NCBI GenBank assembly: GCA_010909165.1
Contig: VJWM01000239.1
Span: 62,001-126,000, forward strand
Length of the DNA stretch: 64,000 nt
Direction: 5' to 3'
Source: Anthoceros angustus
Lineage: Eukaryota; Plantae; Anthocerotophyta
Positions within the stretch are counted from its first letter, which is position 1, and the number at the start of each line of letters is the position of its first letter. Of this stretch, positions 36,120-48,350 are shown in pieces. Below the pieces are notes generated by a model. The model saw only the letters and a program-made list of their open reading frames with translations, was not told the DNA's origin and searched no databases. The position numbers and the translations under genes are program-made.

Positions 36120-39100
36120 CAGTGAGGTCAAGGAAAGTGGTTAGTGAATTGATCAAAATCCACGCCACCCTTGACTCACACGGATGTACATTTCTGGTCG
36201 ACTGTAGGGCCAGTGCTTTTTCTTTTGTCTTAAAACTTTGCTGCATAGAGGTGCTTGCCGACAGGAACCGAGTGCGGGCCCCATCTACTTCTCAGCAAGC
36301 AAAGAAGCAGTGCATACATCTCTCCTTAGTAGACAAACTCCTCTACAAATTAAAGGGCAATCAGAATTCGGATCATCCAGCTGGGGGGAGGTTTCGATGG
36401 CATTCTTGGAGTAGCACCTTCCCTGTCAACATGGCAAAAGTTTTGCGTACATGTAGTACCTCAGCCCTATTGTATGTCATTAAGGAGGCATCTCCTTTTG
36501 CAGACAGCATCAATGCTGACCCTGACTTGCAGAGGTTGTTGGATGAGCATGCTGACGTTATAGTGACCGAACCTCCTCCTGGTTTCCCTCCACATTGTAC
36601 AGGGTCATTGAACATGCTGTAAAAGTGCGAGATGAAGCAGCCAAGCCACCAAACAGGCCCACCTTCAAGACGTCACCAGAGAGATTGACGAATCAAAAGG
36701 ATAAGTTGAGGAACCGCTAGCAAATGGGTATATCCGTCCTTCAAAATCTCCATATGGTGCCCCTATTACTTTTGCTAAGAAGAAGGATGGGAGTTGACGT
36801 ATGTGCATCGACTTTTGAGGGCTGTAAAATAGTACCAAGCACAACAGTTTTCCATTACCAAGAACGGATGAGATGTTGGAGAAGTTGTCCGGGGCACAAT
36901 ATTTTTCAAAGCTCAACTTAGCTGCAGGCTACCATCAAATTAGGCCAAAACAGAAGACGTCGAAAAAACAGCTTTCAACTCGAGATATGGCAATTATGAG
37001 TGTCTGGTCATGCCTTTTAGCATGATCAATGCCCCTCCAACTTTTCAGAGCTTGATGAATGAGGTCTTTGCCGACCTTCTGGACAAGGGGTACTCATCTA
37101 TATGGACGATATTCTCGTGTACAGTAGAACACAGGAGGAACACTTGCGTGTCTGAAGAGAAGTTCTGGCTAGACTCACGAAACAACAGCTGTATGTGAGG
37201 AAAAGCAAATGTAAATTCCTCACTCATAGCATAGAATACCTTGGCCAGATTGTGTCAAGGGAGGGTAACACTATGGACCCAGGCAAGGTAGAGAGCATCC
37301 ATTGGTGGCCGAAACCCACCAATGTGACGGAGGTGCAATCGTTCTTGGGGCCCAGCCTCCTATTATAGGACGTTTGTGCATCAATTTGGACACATTACAG
37401 CTCCGTTACCTGAGCTGTTGAAGGGAGATGATAGGTGGGCGTGGGGGTCTACGCATGGTCGAGCTTTTGAGCTGATAAAACAAAAACTTACCTCAGCAGC
37501 CGTGATTATTCATCCAGACCCCGACAAGGAATTTGTGGTCGCAACGGATGCCTCTGACTGCACAGTTGGAGCAGACTTACAACAAGGTTTGGGAAATGGT
37601 CTTCAGCCTGTCGCTTTACTTAGTAAGAAACTTAAACACGTAGAGCTGAATTACGCCACACACAAGAAAGAAGCCCTTGCTCAAGTCCTGGTATTACGCC
37701 ATTGGAGATGCTTTTTAGAAGGGCCTCTCTCTGTGCTTCAGACAGATCACAGCCCTCTTAGATACCTTCACACCCAGCCCTTGCTGTCCCGCAAACAGGC
37801 CAGATGGCTGGAATTCTTCCAGCAATTTCACTTCAAGGTTTTCTACAAAAAAGGGGAAGAAACCAAAGTAGCAGATGCTCTTAGTCGACAACCATGTATC
37901 AGACAGGAGCGTTTACAAACCTTTGCAATACTCACAGAAGCAGTAATACAACCTGAACGGAAACGGGAAGTAGAAGAGGCCTTACAGGTTGATGATTCAT
38001 GAAGCAAGGGTGATCAAAAGAACCATGGAGCTCCCAAATCCTGAATCAAACTGGATATTGCAGGACCGCCTGCTGTGGTTCAAAGGACGTCTGTATATTC
38101 CAGCCCTGCCACACAATAGATTGGCTCTTATCAAAGAAGCTCATGAAACTACCTCGGCCGGCCACACAGGCATAGATGAGACTCTGGCAGCTATTCAACT
38201 CCCGTATTACGGGCCCGGACTCAGATGACACGTTATGGATTTTGTTCAGCAATGCGATACCTGTCTACGTATCAAGCATGAAACTAAAGCACCCTCTGGA
38301 CTCCTACAACCTATACCCACACCTTTACAGCCTTGGGAAGTAGTACACATGGATCTCATTACGGGCTTGCCCCGCACAGCAGCTGGCTATGATGCCATTC
38401 TTACGGTCATTGCTAGAATAACAAAAATGGTTCATTTCATCCCTACCACCCAGACCTGTTCAGCTCAAACTGTTGCAGACCTATATCTCAGACATGTATA
38501 TAAACACCATGGTTTACCTCGTGCCATTGTATCCGACCGAGACCTTAGGTTCCTTTCCCATTTCTGGCAGTCCCTACACAAGGGACTAGGCACTCGGCTG
38601 CAATTCTCAACTGCCTAGTCTGATGGCTTAGCAGAAAAGGCAAACCAGACTGTGGAAACCATGTTGAGGGCCTTTTCCACAGACAGTAGCTAGAATGGGA
38701 GACATTCATTCATCTGGCCGAGTTTGCCTGCAATAATGCCCGCCATTCCTCCACCAAGCAGACACCCTTTTTCCTTAATCATGCCCATCACCCCCGCTTT
38801 GTTTTCTATGCCCCGTTCCTTGCAGTCAACACACCAACAGCTGAAAATTTTCTCCTGGAACATGCACAGGCTTTGAAACAGGCCAGGCAATTTGCGGTGG
38901 AATCGCAGAATCGACAGAAACAGGCAGCAGGTCAGCATCGAAATCAAGACAGCTTCGCCCCTGGTGATCTCGTCCTCCTTTCCTCCCGACATATTCCTCT
39001 CAAAGATGGCGTGCTGAGATTATCCGACCGATGGCTAGGTCCCTTCCGTGTACTGGCAGCGGTCAACCCAGTAGCCTACAGGCTCCAACTTCCTTCACAG

Positions 39101-39470
39101 TGGCAGCTCCACAACGTCTTCCACATTTCATTACTTCGGCAATAACATGGCACTCCGCCCCGTCCTTCCTCCACCAGACATCGTCGAAGGTCAAGAAGAA
39201 TACAAAGTTGAAGAAATCCTCCGGCACCGCCGTGTTCAAGGTAGGTGTCAATTCCTCGTCTTGTGGCAGGGGTATCCGCCTTCTGATGCAACTTGGCAAC
39301 CCCTCGCCGGCCTCACTCACTGCCAGGATGTTCTCTCGGCCTACCTCCAGCGACACCATCGTCGGCATCGGGACACAGCCTCCCCGCACCCTCGAGCGGA
39401 TGTAACGGCACTGCAGCCCTACAACGGAACGGGAGATGTGACAGGATGTAACGGCACGAAAACCGTTTAA
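36120..39470 (+). mobile_element. decayed Ty3/gypsy chromovirus pol region (PR-RT-RH-INT-chromodomain)
   Basis: [13 protein letters not shown] (~37095); RNase H FVVATDASDCTVGA...NYATHKKEALA; integrase H-H-CxxC (HETTSAGHTG...QQCDTC), HMDLITGLP, SDRD, WLGPFRV; chromodomain EYKVEEILRHR...FLVLWQGYPPSDATWQP. Many stops and frameshifts. TGTAACGG possible 3' LTR start at 39401 or 39447; gag and 5' LTR not seen. Confidence 0.92.
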
Positions 39471-39539
39471 CGGAACGGAAGGAACACAATAACGGGATAG
39501 ACTTAGAACTCTAAGTTTAGACAACGAGCCATTAGACTG

Positions 39540-40050
39540 CTGAGTGAGTGTGCCTTATCCATTGGGCATGTACATATTCGAAAACACAGCTAAAGAAGAC
39601 AGTCCGTTTTGTAAACATGGTGTGTTGCACCAGGGCTTTCCATGTCACCGGACCCTTGTGCCTATGCTGTCAAAATCCTGGCGCGCATTTCTCATAGCAC
39701 AACATTTTGCATACATGTCCAACAGGTAGTGGCCAACAAAAGAGGTACTACATGGGCACCGGATGACAACCTCACCGTCTAACCAATTCAAGTCCATTCG
39801 GCCATGGTAGTGCTCACCATACGCAGAGATGACAAAAGACCACATGCAAGCATCTATGAGCCCAACACTGCGTATCAAGCAGTCCCTAATCAATAATTAG
39901 AAAGTGGAGCTGCCCGCCCTTCCATAACATATCAATATTTGCACTGGCACTTAGAGGGCACACAGACCATCAAATGTGGCAGGACGGACATCCAGCCTTC
40001 CTTACAGCCATGCAATTGTAACCCTCACGCCAGATCTTTCAAGGTCCAAC
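39540..40050 (-). pseudogene. PLS-class PPR gene fragment
   Basis: Minus strand: WSFVISAYGEH and VGHYLLDMYAKCCAMRNARQDFDSI (compare VGNALLDMYAKCG...AR-VFD), then SNMY. Frameshifted. Confidence 0.55.
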
Positions 40051-41434
40051 AATTCCAATACATGCACACAAGGTAGTTGTAAATAAACACATCCCGGACA
40101 AGCAAGTTGAACACAACATGCGACCCTGTTCAACTTGCAGTGCACAGAGAATAGGTAGCAAAGATTCAAACAACGGCGCTCATACAATTCAATCACCGTT
40201 TCACAAGAGTAAAAACATGTTGCGCATCATTCAATTCAGCACATTTGCATACCCAGAAATCATGCATTCCATGTCCGCACATCTTCCGTGCCTCTGTGGA
40301 AGTGCTGTCGAAACCATACGTGCCAAACACACATGCCTGCACATTATTATGATCTAGAGTTCACTGTGTCTCAAAAACTCATTTAGACTTCGTTCATCCT
40401 TATGACACCATATATAATTAGTATATCAATAAAATCGAGTACATAAATATAATAATATCTACATCCATTGCCCATATCCATTTCATATATCAATAAATCA
40501 AGTATAATAGAAGCTACATCTATTTTTCATACATAGTCCATGGAAATAGACATCGAGAATAGGTTTTACTCATTATATGATATCACCTTTTTTGTTCTTG
40601 TCCCAATATTTTAGCGTGTGGGACTCCTAGGAAGCACAAGAGTCTTTGTACTCAAATGGAAATGGAAATGGCCAAGAATCCATGTAATAATTGGAGCAGG
40701 TATATTTTTGGAGAAATTTATTTTATTAATAATAAATATTATCATAAATGAATTATTTATTAATAATAAATATTATCATAAAAATTTTCTTTATATATAT
40801 TTTCTTTCAGGTCCACTCATGTTCATAGGAAAGCAAAGAATGGGCACGAATTATGAGTGGGTTGCTTTCATCGTTGCTAGAACCCTGAAGCATTCACCTA
40901 GTCGCTAGAACCCCTGCTATATAGACCCTAGAGGGGCTTCCCATTTGCAAATGCTATTAAAGATTGGATGTCCAGTAATAGAGAATGCAAGAGTGTTTGA
41001 TGAGCAATACACTGGACCTTGGATAAATGTTATAGTATGGCAGTAAATATATAGTGAACAAGTAGTTATGTAGGTATAATTTTTACCTGTTAATTGTATT
41101 ATTTATTTATAAATTTTAATATAATTAATAGTATCTAATTAATTATAACCTAAATAATATCAAAAAGAGGGAAGGAAACTCCCAGTACTTGTATCATAAT
41201 ATAATTGTTTACTCATAATATTTATTATCGTTATTATCAATATTATTGTATATAATTAAGGTTTAACCTTTTTTAGCACTAAAGTGTGAGGCCTCATCTT
41301 GTTTGGTGTACCAAGTAACACTTATTCCAAAACCCTTTGAGAAATTTTGGGAGTAAGCTCGAGGTAACAGCTGGAGGCATCATACGTAGAGGTTAACATT
41401 TATGACAGGCACACCCTCTTATCCAAGGTCGACT

Positions 41435-44050
41435 GTACATTGGGAGGGAAAAACTCAACAGGCTACAAGAAAGAATCACACGATCAAAAGCACACGTTGT
41501 TGTTCTTGCTAAATGGAAACATCTGGCAAATGGTGACAGCCGCAGGCTCCTGAAACTGGTCTTGCTGGTACAAAGCTCTCACAGGCACCTGCTCATGGAC
41601 ATCGAGATTCAGCCACATGCGGATACTGCAGAATGCACAAACTCCAAGAGGCATGCCAGGAAAATTTTGAAGCAGTAGTAACATGCTGAAGAGGAGAGAA
41701 GGCAAGGATACGAAGCGTGAACGATTGAGACGGTGGTTAAGGCAGTTACGTCGCAGGCAAGCACTGCAAACCCTACGACGGGACCTGCTACATTTCAATG
41801 ACCGAAGCAATACCCAAAAGGTGTGAGCGATGAAAGGTCACCTCTCGGAACCATCAACGTTGCTTACCCACATGGAGGGAAGCAATATTACAGACCAGAA
41901 GGATCAAACAATAGTGACCTCTTGAATAAGAACCGACGTCTGAAGCTAGCGAAGAAGAAGAAACGTGTTTAGTGGACTACAAAATGTGCATCCCTAGTAC
42001 CTGTTTTGAAACACCACCTGTCTCACAATGACACTGCGGGTGCTGCATCGGATAATGGAAGTTCTACATTGCATTGTGATCGATGGAGAGTGGGTGCGAG
42101 AGGATGCACACATACAACACAGTGAAGTACCGGAAATTGCAACCAAAAACCATTCCGATCTGTCCCCACCCGAAGAGGAGGCAGACACAACTGGTACAGT
42201 GCGTTCACCACCTCTAATAGTTGGGGTATGCCCCAAGGAAAGCTCCCAGATCACCAATACATCATGTTGATTCATCCTGGCAGGCAAACAGGAAGACGCA
42301 CAACGCGAAGCAGCGGAGAGCGCACCTTGAGCAATCAGCTTGCGGGCGCGGCTGCAGACTCTAAGGGAATGGAAAGCTCAGACGCCGCAGCCGCCTTCCT
42401 GACAGCCACTTTAGCAGCCCTGATTTCCGTGACAAGGAACGCCTTGGTTTTGCTCACCGGCGCGCATTTCACCAGCGTCACTGTATCGCCCACCTTGCAG
42501 CTGTTGTATGGGTCGTGAGCCTGGTACTTTTTGCTGGTTTTGATCCGCTTCTTGTACTTGGGATGCGGCGCAATCCTGAACACCTCCACCGCCACGGTTT
42601 TGTCATTGGTTGCGCAAACCACCTTGCCCTGCACCTTCTTCATAGCCTCCACCTGCAGGCTGAATCCTGGCATGAGTGCCGGCCTCGCAACGCTGCTGCT
42701 ACTGCACGCCAGGTTTCCGCCCTGGAAAAAAGTGGAGGAGGATAGCTTGACCGGGGCAGCCAGCGGCTTCATTGCGACGGATGCAGCGGCCATAGCCGAT
42801 AGCGCCATTGCAGTCGCTGTTGCTATTGCTGCTCCACGGCGTGCTGACGGGACGAAGGGCTAGGAGTTTTGTGACCTTACGCATGAGAGAGAAAAACTGC
42901 TTGCCTGTCGCTGATGACTGGATTAACAGAAAAAGAAGATGCTCAATGAGCAGCTGCAGCTGGTTCTTGTGGTGGCCTTGCTTCAACTGCAATTGCTGGT
43001 GGTTGTTGGCTTTCTAGTCTTCTTCATCTTCTTCAGACAGTTTGTGGATGTGTTTGTGAATCTGGCACCTGGTATGGCCAGATACTTCCCGGTTTCCACA
43101 GCCTTCCTCATGTCATTCTTCAGCTGCGTTTACTGACCAGGATTACTCTAAACCGTCTTCATCAGTGGTGTCGCACGTTTGGAGAATCGGGGAAATTGGG
43201 CGCCATTTTCCCTTTCGAGCGCCGCCGGCTGCTGGCTTTGTAGCTCCATCCCAGTAGTTGAGAAGCTCCTGGGCGATGTAGTTTGCTGTGGTGAAAATCT
43301 CAGCGGTGCCGCGGCTATGGGGGACTGGGTGCTGGCGAGAATTTCACCCTCTTTGTCAGCTCGGAATGAGGTGCCCAGCACGTCGTACTGGCAGGACAGA
43401 GCAGCTGGCGGGAGGAACGCAAGAGGTACTACTGCAAATGGGTGTGGGTGCGGTGTCCGCCGGGTAACCATCAGGAATGCAAGGCATGCAGGTAAAATCG
43501 GCAGATGCAATATTGTCCTGCGGAGATCGTGTCCACAGACATGGGAAGGCTTGCAGGCGCTGGGCGGCGGAGGACGTGGATTTGAGCGGCTTCCTGGTTG
43601 TCGTCAGAGGATGGATGCAGTCCTTGCACTGGGACAGCAGCCAGGATCGTCGAGCCCGGGGGATCCCAACTTGGCTGCTGCAATCCTTCATTCCATTGGC
43701 AAAAAGCTCAGCCAGCTGGGTGGGAGTGCTGGCTTTGGCAAGGAACGCAATCCGGCTCTTTGCTTGACCTCTTTTATCGTAGCTGATGGAGGTATCGGTG
43801 GTGGGGATCATGGTAGGGGTAGGGGCGGCGGCGGTGACGGGGGCAATGGGGAGGACGGGTTTGAGAATGAGGATGGAAGGCATGCAATATCAGGTCTACT
43901 GGCCACATTCGGATTCCTGCTGGCAAGCAGACAGGGTTTAAGGCCATGGGTTTTGTGTTTGTCGGCGGCCTCTCTTGGATTCTTCTTGTCAGGTAGTATG
44001 GTGTGGGGAGGTTGTTATGATCTTGCCCTGGCCCTGACAGCTTCCTCTTT
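41435..44050. repeat. left arm of a ~2.6-kb inverted segmental duplication (partner ~51430-53930)
   Basis: For example ggctacaagaaagaatcac at 41461 matches the reverse complement of gtgattctttcttgtagcc near 53890. Continuous diverged homology runs through RPS17 and the RUS1 5' region. Boundaries approximate. Confidence 0.9.
42335..42808 (-). CDS. RPS17: plastid 30S ribosomal protein S17, copy 1
   Basis: Ala/Ser-rich transit peptide, then MKKVQGKVVCATNDKTVAVEV...HPKYKKRIKTSKKYQAHD...CKVGDTVTLVKCAPVSKTKAF (uS17 signature). Confidence 0.95.
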   Translation of the reverse strand: MALSAMAAASVAMKPLAAPVKLSSSTFFQGGNLACSSSSVARPALMPGFSLQVEAMKKVQGKVVCATNDKTVAVEVFRIAPHPKYKKRIKTSKKYQAHDPYNSCKVGDTVTLVKCAPVSKTKAFLVTEIRAAKVAVRKAAAASELSIPLESAAAPAS

Positions 44051-46452
44051 CTCTAAGCCCCGTCGACTGGCTGATGGAACTAGTGGCAGTGAGAACGGTG
44101 ATGATGTGTCTAGTCCTCAGACTGAGAGGAATTTGGTCGGAGCAATTTGGGAGGTCCAGGGAAGCAAGTGGAGAAGGTTTGTCCTGGATTTGAAGAAAGA
44201 CGATTTTGCACTAGATGTTGTGAAGCCCAACGAAACTGAAGCCGAATCCTATGAGCTCGCTTGCCAAGAGGACAGAGATCATGAACTCGTGAAAGGTGGC
44301 ATTGACAGGGAGTATGCAATGTTGACGTCCCGAATGGCGGACGAGGCTGAAAAATGTGAGTCAGAAGGGTCACCAGTTCATGATTCGGGTTTGCAGACTC
44401 CAAATGGTTTCAACACCCTAGTCCCTCCAGTAGGGGAAGATGAGCTACGGAAGTCTGATATTAACAATGCTGTGGAACAAGTTCGTGACCAAATAGAAGA
44501 ATATAGCTCAAGAATAGAGAGGACTCAGCCTGGCGTGGAGAGCTTGGAAAGGCGGTTTAAGGATGTGGTTGGACGCTGTGGGGCTCTTGTTAAGCAAATA
44601 ATGCTGCCAGAAGGCTATCCCAGAAGTGTAACAGATGACTACACAGAATTCACACTGTGGAGGATGGGACAGATTATTGCCAGTCAAATAAGTGGTGTGC
44701 TCACTACACAGGTTAGATGTCTATAGCCGTACTGTGCTAACTGCAGGGCCGAAGGAGAATGGTTGTTGTGGTTCCTGTGTCGTGCTCTTCTGCAAGTGGA
44801 GATGTTTGTGAGGACAACTACATGATTAATCAGCTCTTGTTGCCGCAGGCTTTGTTATATGCCATAGGTCTAGGGAAAGGTGCCATTCCCACTGCAGCAG
44901 CAATTAATTGGGTTCTCAGGGATGGCATTGGCTACTTGAGCAAAATTATGCTTTCCAAATATGGTCGTCACTTCGATGTCCATCCTAAAGGGTGGAGAAT
45001 GCTATCAGACTTGCTAGAGAATGCTTCATACGGCCTGGAGCTTCTGACTCCAGTATTTCCTCATCTTTTTGTTTACTTGGGAGCAGCGGCAGGAGCTGGA
45101 CGATCTGCATCGGGTATGATCCAGGTCAGGCCTATCAGTCAGAGTCCCTTCTCCTGCACCTATGATGGTTGGCCTACTGCTGTAAGAAGCAGCTTACCGA
45201 TGGTGTGCGGGTGTTGTGATGTTGCCTACAGGCTGCAACCAAGAGTTGCTTTAATGCAGGATTTGCTGCTCAGAGGAACTTCGCAGAGGTTTGCAAATTC
45301 TACTCCTGTGCTTTACTACGTTGCAAAGCTCTCGTGAAGGTATAGCCCATGGATGTTGTAGTAACCTTTGTGAGCTCCTGTGGTGCGCCAGTTGGTGGCT
45401 AAGGGTGAAGCTCAAGGGATGGTCAGCAAATCCATGGGCATCGCGTTAGGAATAGCTATTTCTGGCCACGTCGGCTCTTCTGGTCCTCGGCTCCTGGCAA
45501 CTTTTGCTGTCGTAACTGCTTTGCACATGTTCTTCAACCTGAAGTCTTATCAGGCCGTCCAGCTTCGAACTTTGAATCCTTACCGTGGCAGTAAGGCATT
45601 GTCTATTTGTTCATAGGCTCTCTTCAGTTCGTTTCTTGACTCGTTCAGTATTTGTTGCTGAGACTCTGTTTGCTCCGTGCTGTTCTACAGGCTTGGTTCT
45701 GTCTGAGTATCTAAGGAGTGGCTCAGTACCATCTGTGCGAGAGGTCAATGCTGAAGAACCCATTTTTCCTAGGATTGGTGTTCTGCACTTGCGTCTAAAG
45801 GGACAGCAGGTGAGGTATTCATTGCGCCCACCCCGTCCGACAGTTTGCACGTGAAAACACAGCTGGAGCCTGTAAGCATGCCTGTTGACAACCATGTTCT
45901 GTTTCCGTCCGTATAGGAAGGACTCAATACCTTGTCAGAGAGCAGCAAAAGAGATGCAGAAAGCATTGATCATAACCTAGAGCTGGGTTCGATGTTGGGG
46001 TCCTTGATCCACACACGAGAAGAAGCAGAAGCACTTCTACCCCTTTATGAAAAGGAGGCGTACATGCTTGCCAGGCGAGGGGATCGACTGCTGGTGAGTC
46101 TAGGTGATGTCTCCAGCTGTTGCTGATGTTCTTGATTGGTCAGTCTGTGGCCAACTCTTGCGTGCGTATCGTCCAGGTGGTACTGAAGAAATCGGTGACT
46201 CCAAGGGACATGCTGCGAGCCTTATTTCAAGTCACAATCATGTACAACCTACAAAATCAAAATAGGTTTGCGGCAGGGACAATTCCGGGGGATTGTGTGA
46301 AAGGTGGTGTGCTCGAGGTCTCTCACAGGATCATGGTAGAGGAGTTCCAAAGAATGCAACAAAATCTGAGTGCCGTTGGGTGGGTAAGTGAAGGGCTGGT
46401 TGCAAGGCCTTCACCTAACAGGCTTCTGACGGTGGCTATGAAAGGTGAATAG
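43317..46452 (+). CDS. RUS1: ROOT UVB SENSITIVE 1 (DUF647 family); start either ATG 43317 or ATG 43611
   Basis: Multi-exon. Gly-rich N-terminus, [29 protein letters not shown]...[11 protein letters not shown] / [50 protein letters not shown] / [12 protein letters not shown]...[16 protein letters not shown] / [11 protein letters not shown]. Stop at 46452. Confidence 0.92.
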
Positions 46453-47749
46453 TCCTCTGCGAGCGGGAATTGTGACAAACAGGTAGCATTTCCCTCTGCG
46501 GATGTCATTCTTATTAGTACTCCTCAAGGGCACTTGAAGGATTTGGCCTTCGTCAGCATTTCTTTCCAAGGCCAGCTAAGGCCAGCTACAGGGCGCTAGG
46601 AATTCTTGAAGCCTTGGGAGGATTGTTTGGCCTAAGGGGGGATTGTTCAGCCGAAAGCGTCTTTGATTAACTAGAGAAGCTCGTGCACAGGTATAGCATT
46701 GTAGAGTGATCGTGTGACAGCATCCAAAATCCACATCGAGGCTGCCAATAATTTATCCGTTCGAACAGGAAGAGCTAACGGATGATCCAAACGGAAGATA
46801 AAGTGGCCTCTGAGAGGGGCTTCTTCCCCTCAGGGCTTGTAGTGGCTAGAGAAAAGTTGGCACCAGGAACATAAATGAACTCGGCATCCTGCATCCTACC
46901 CGGAAACAATCCCAGGCGCGGCAAACCAGCAAACCAGCCTCGCCTTATGCTGGGTTTGCTGTAGCCCGACCCGGAAATAATCCGGTCACTCCGCGGTTAT
47001 GGGCAACCCGCGGAATCTTTGAGTTGACCGCCATTAACCGGTGATAGGCTTTCCCGGTTGGTAACCCTATTAAATGCGCCCGTTCTTGGTCACGGCGAAA
47101 TTGGTCTTGCCCGAGTTCGTGTTTCATCATGTGTCATTGCCACATTGCGGGATTGGCCAAGTTGGGCGATCGTGTGGGCTCCTTCACTCTGCATCGGCTG
47201 GGAGTTGAGATACAAGCACTTGGGCGTATTTTGAGGATGGCATCCCTATATGCATTTGTGTGTAAGAAGTCGTGTTGGCAATGTTAGGATATATTTCAGG
47301 ATTTTTTTGAGCTACTCTAAAAATTAGATTCAATATTTCCCATCAGCCCTAAATGCTTCAGGATGTGTACAAAGAAGACCATGTCAAGTGAGATTTATTC
47401 TTTTGACAACAAAGGGGCCTTGAAGAAAATAATGATAACAGAAGACACTCATAGTAAGATATACAACCTTATGCTTCACTTGGAGAAGGGGGTGCTTTCC
47501 CCTGCATGAGGGACCTTATTGCTGGAGACCGTCAAGCAAAGATTGTCGTCTCAAGAGCTGGAAGCCACAATAGAATAGATCCAAATAGATCAAAGAGAAG
47601 ATATCTACAGATTGAGACACGCTCCATATGCAATACCTTTCCAATCAAAATATGCACACACCAAATATTAAAAAATTATCTTTTACTATTTTAGAAGCGA
47701 AGTTGTATTAGGGGTGTGTGTTTTCATATAGTTTTTCAACTGCACTTCC

Positions 47750-48255
47750 GAGGATGTGCATCGACCTTGGTTTTACATGCCTTGATGCTAACACCGCACA
47801 TACTTTCGGATTATTATGACTTTCTGATCCTAACAGTATATGCCAATAATAACTTCTTATTTTGTACATTTAGTGAGCTTATGGTCAGGATCAAGAAGAT
47901 ATTATTGCTTACCCGTTTTAAGATGACAAATGGAGTTGAATCTCTCCTCCAAAGTTCAATTCCATTTCTATGATTATGGCCATACCGTTGATATTCACCA
48001 AGAGCATTTTGTGCAGCAGCTTACTTGCTCGACTTGTTTTGACGCCCATGCTCATTGGCGAGAAATTCTCAAAGGAACAATGCCCCACTACTCAAGCTGA
48101 GAAGGATGTTAAGACGAAATACCTATAAGGAAGCAGTCGGCTGTTTGATATCTCTAGTTGCCTGGACACGTATAAATATTTGCCAAACTATAGGAAATAT
48201 ATCTCGATTTCTTGAGAATCTAGGACATTAAGATATATTGCTTATTAAGAGATCC
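47750..48255 (+). mobile_element. Ty1/copia reverse-transcriptase remnant
   Basis: LGFTCLDA..., LILTVYANN (degenerate YVDD), KKILLLTRFKM, TPMLIGEKFSKEQCPTTQAEK, YKEAVGCLISLVAWTRINICQTIGNISRFLEN. Confidence 0.8.
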
Positions 48256-48285
48256 ATTGGATATGACGGTAAAGTGAATAATATA

Positions 48286-48350
48286 CACTACACAAATTGC
48301 AGGTGTTTCACAACGTATTTTACAACCTCACATTGTAAAAGCCCCCAATT
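48286..48350 (+). mobile_element. orphan CACTA terminus
   Basis: CACTACACAAA followed by tttacaac/ttgtaaaa subterminal-type motifs, located where the copia remnant stops. No partner end found. Confidence 0.35.

Noticed and set aside
42028-42270. Short ORF conserved with 53085-53288
   Set aside because: Similarity is explained by the inverted duplication; the frames diverge at the end and show no motif
43179-43316. ORF-track start of RUS1 at 43179
   Set aside because: TTG start from a prokaryotic-style caller; eukaryotic start must be ATG 43317 or 43611
46890-47130. Short repeats and a weak hairpin (cccggaaa.aatcc x2; ccgcgg...ccgcgg)
   Set aside because: Too short and imperfect to call a MITE or structured RNA
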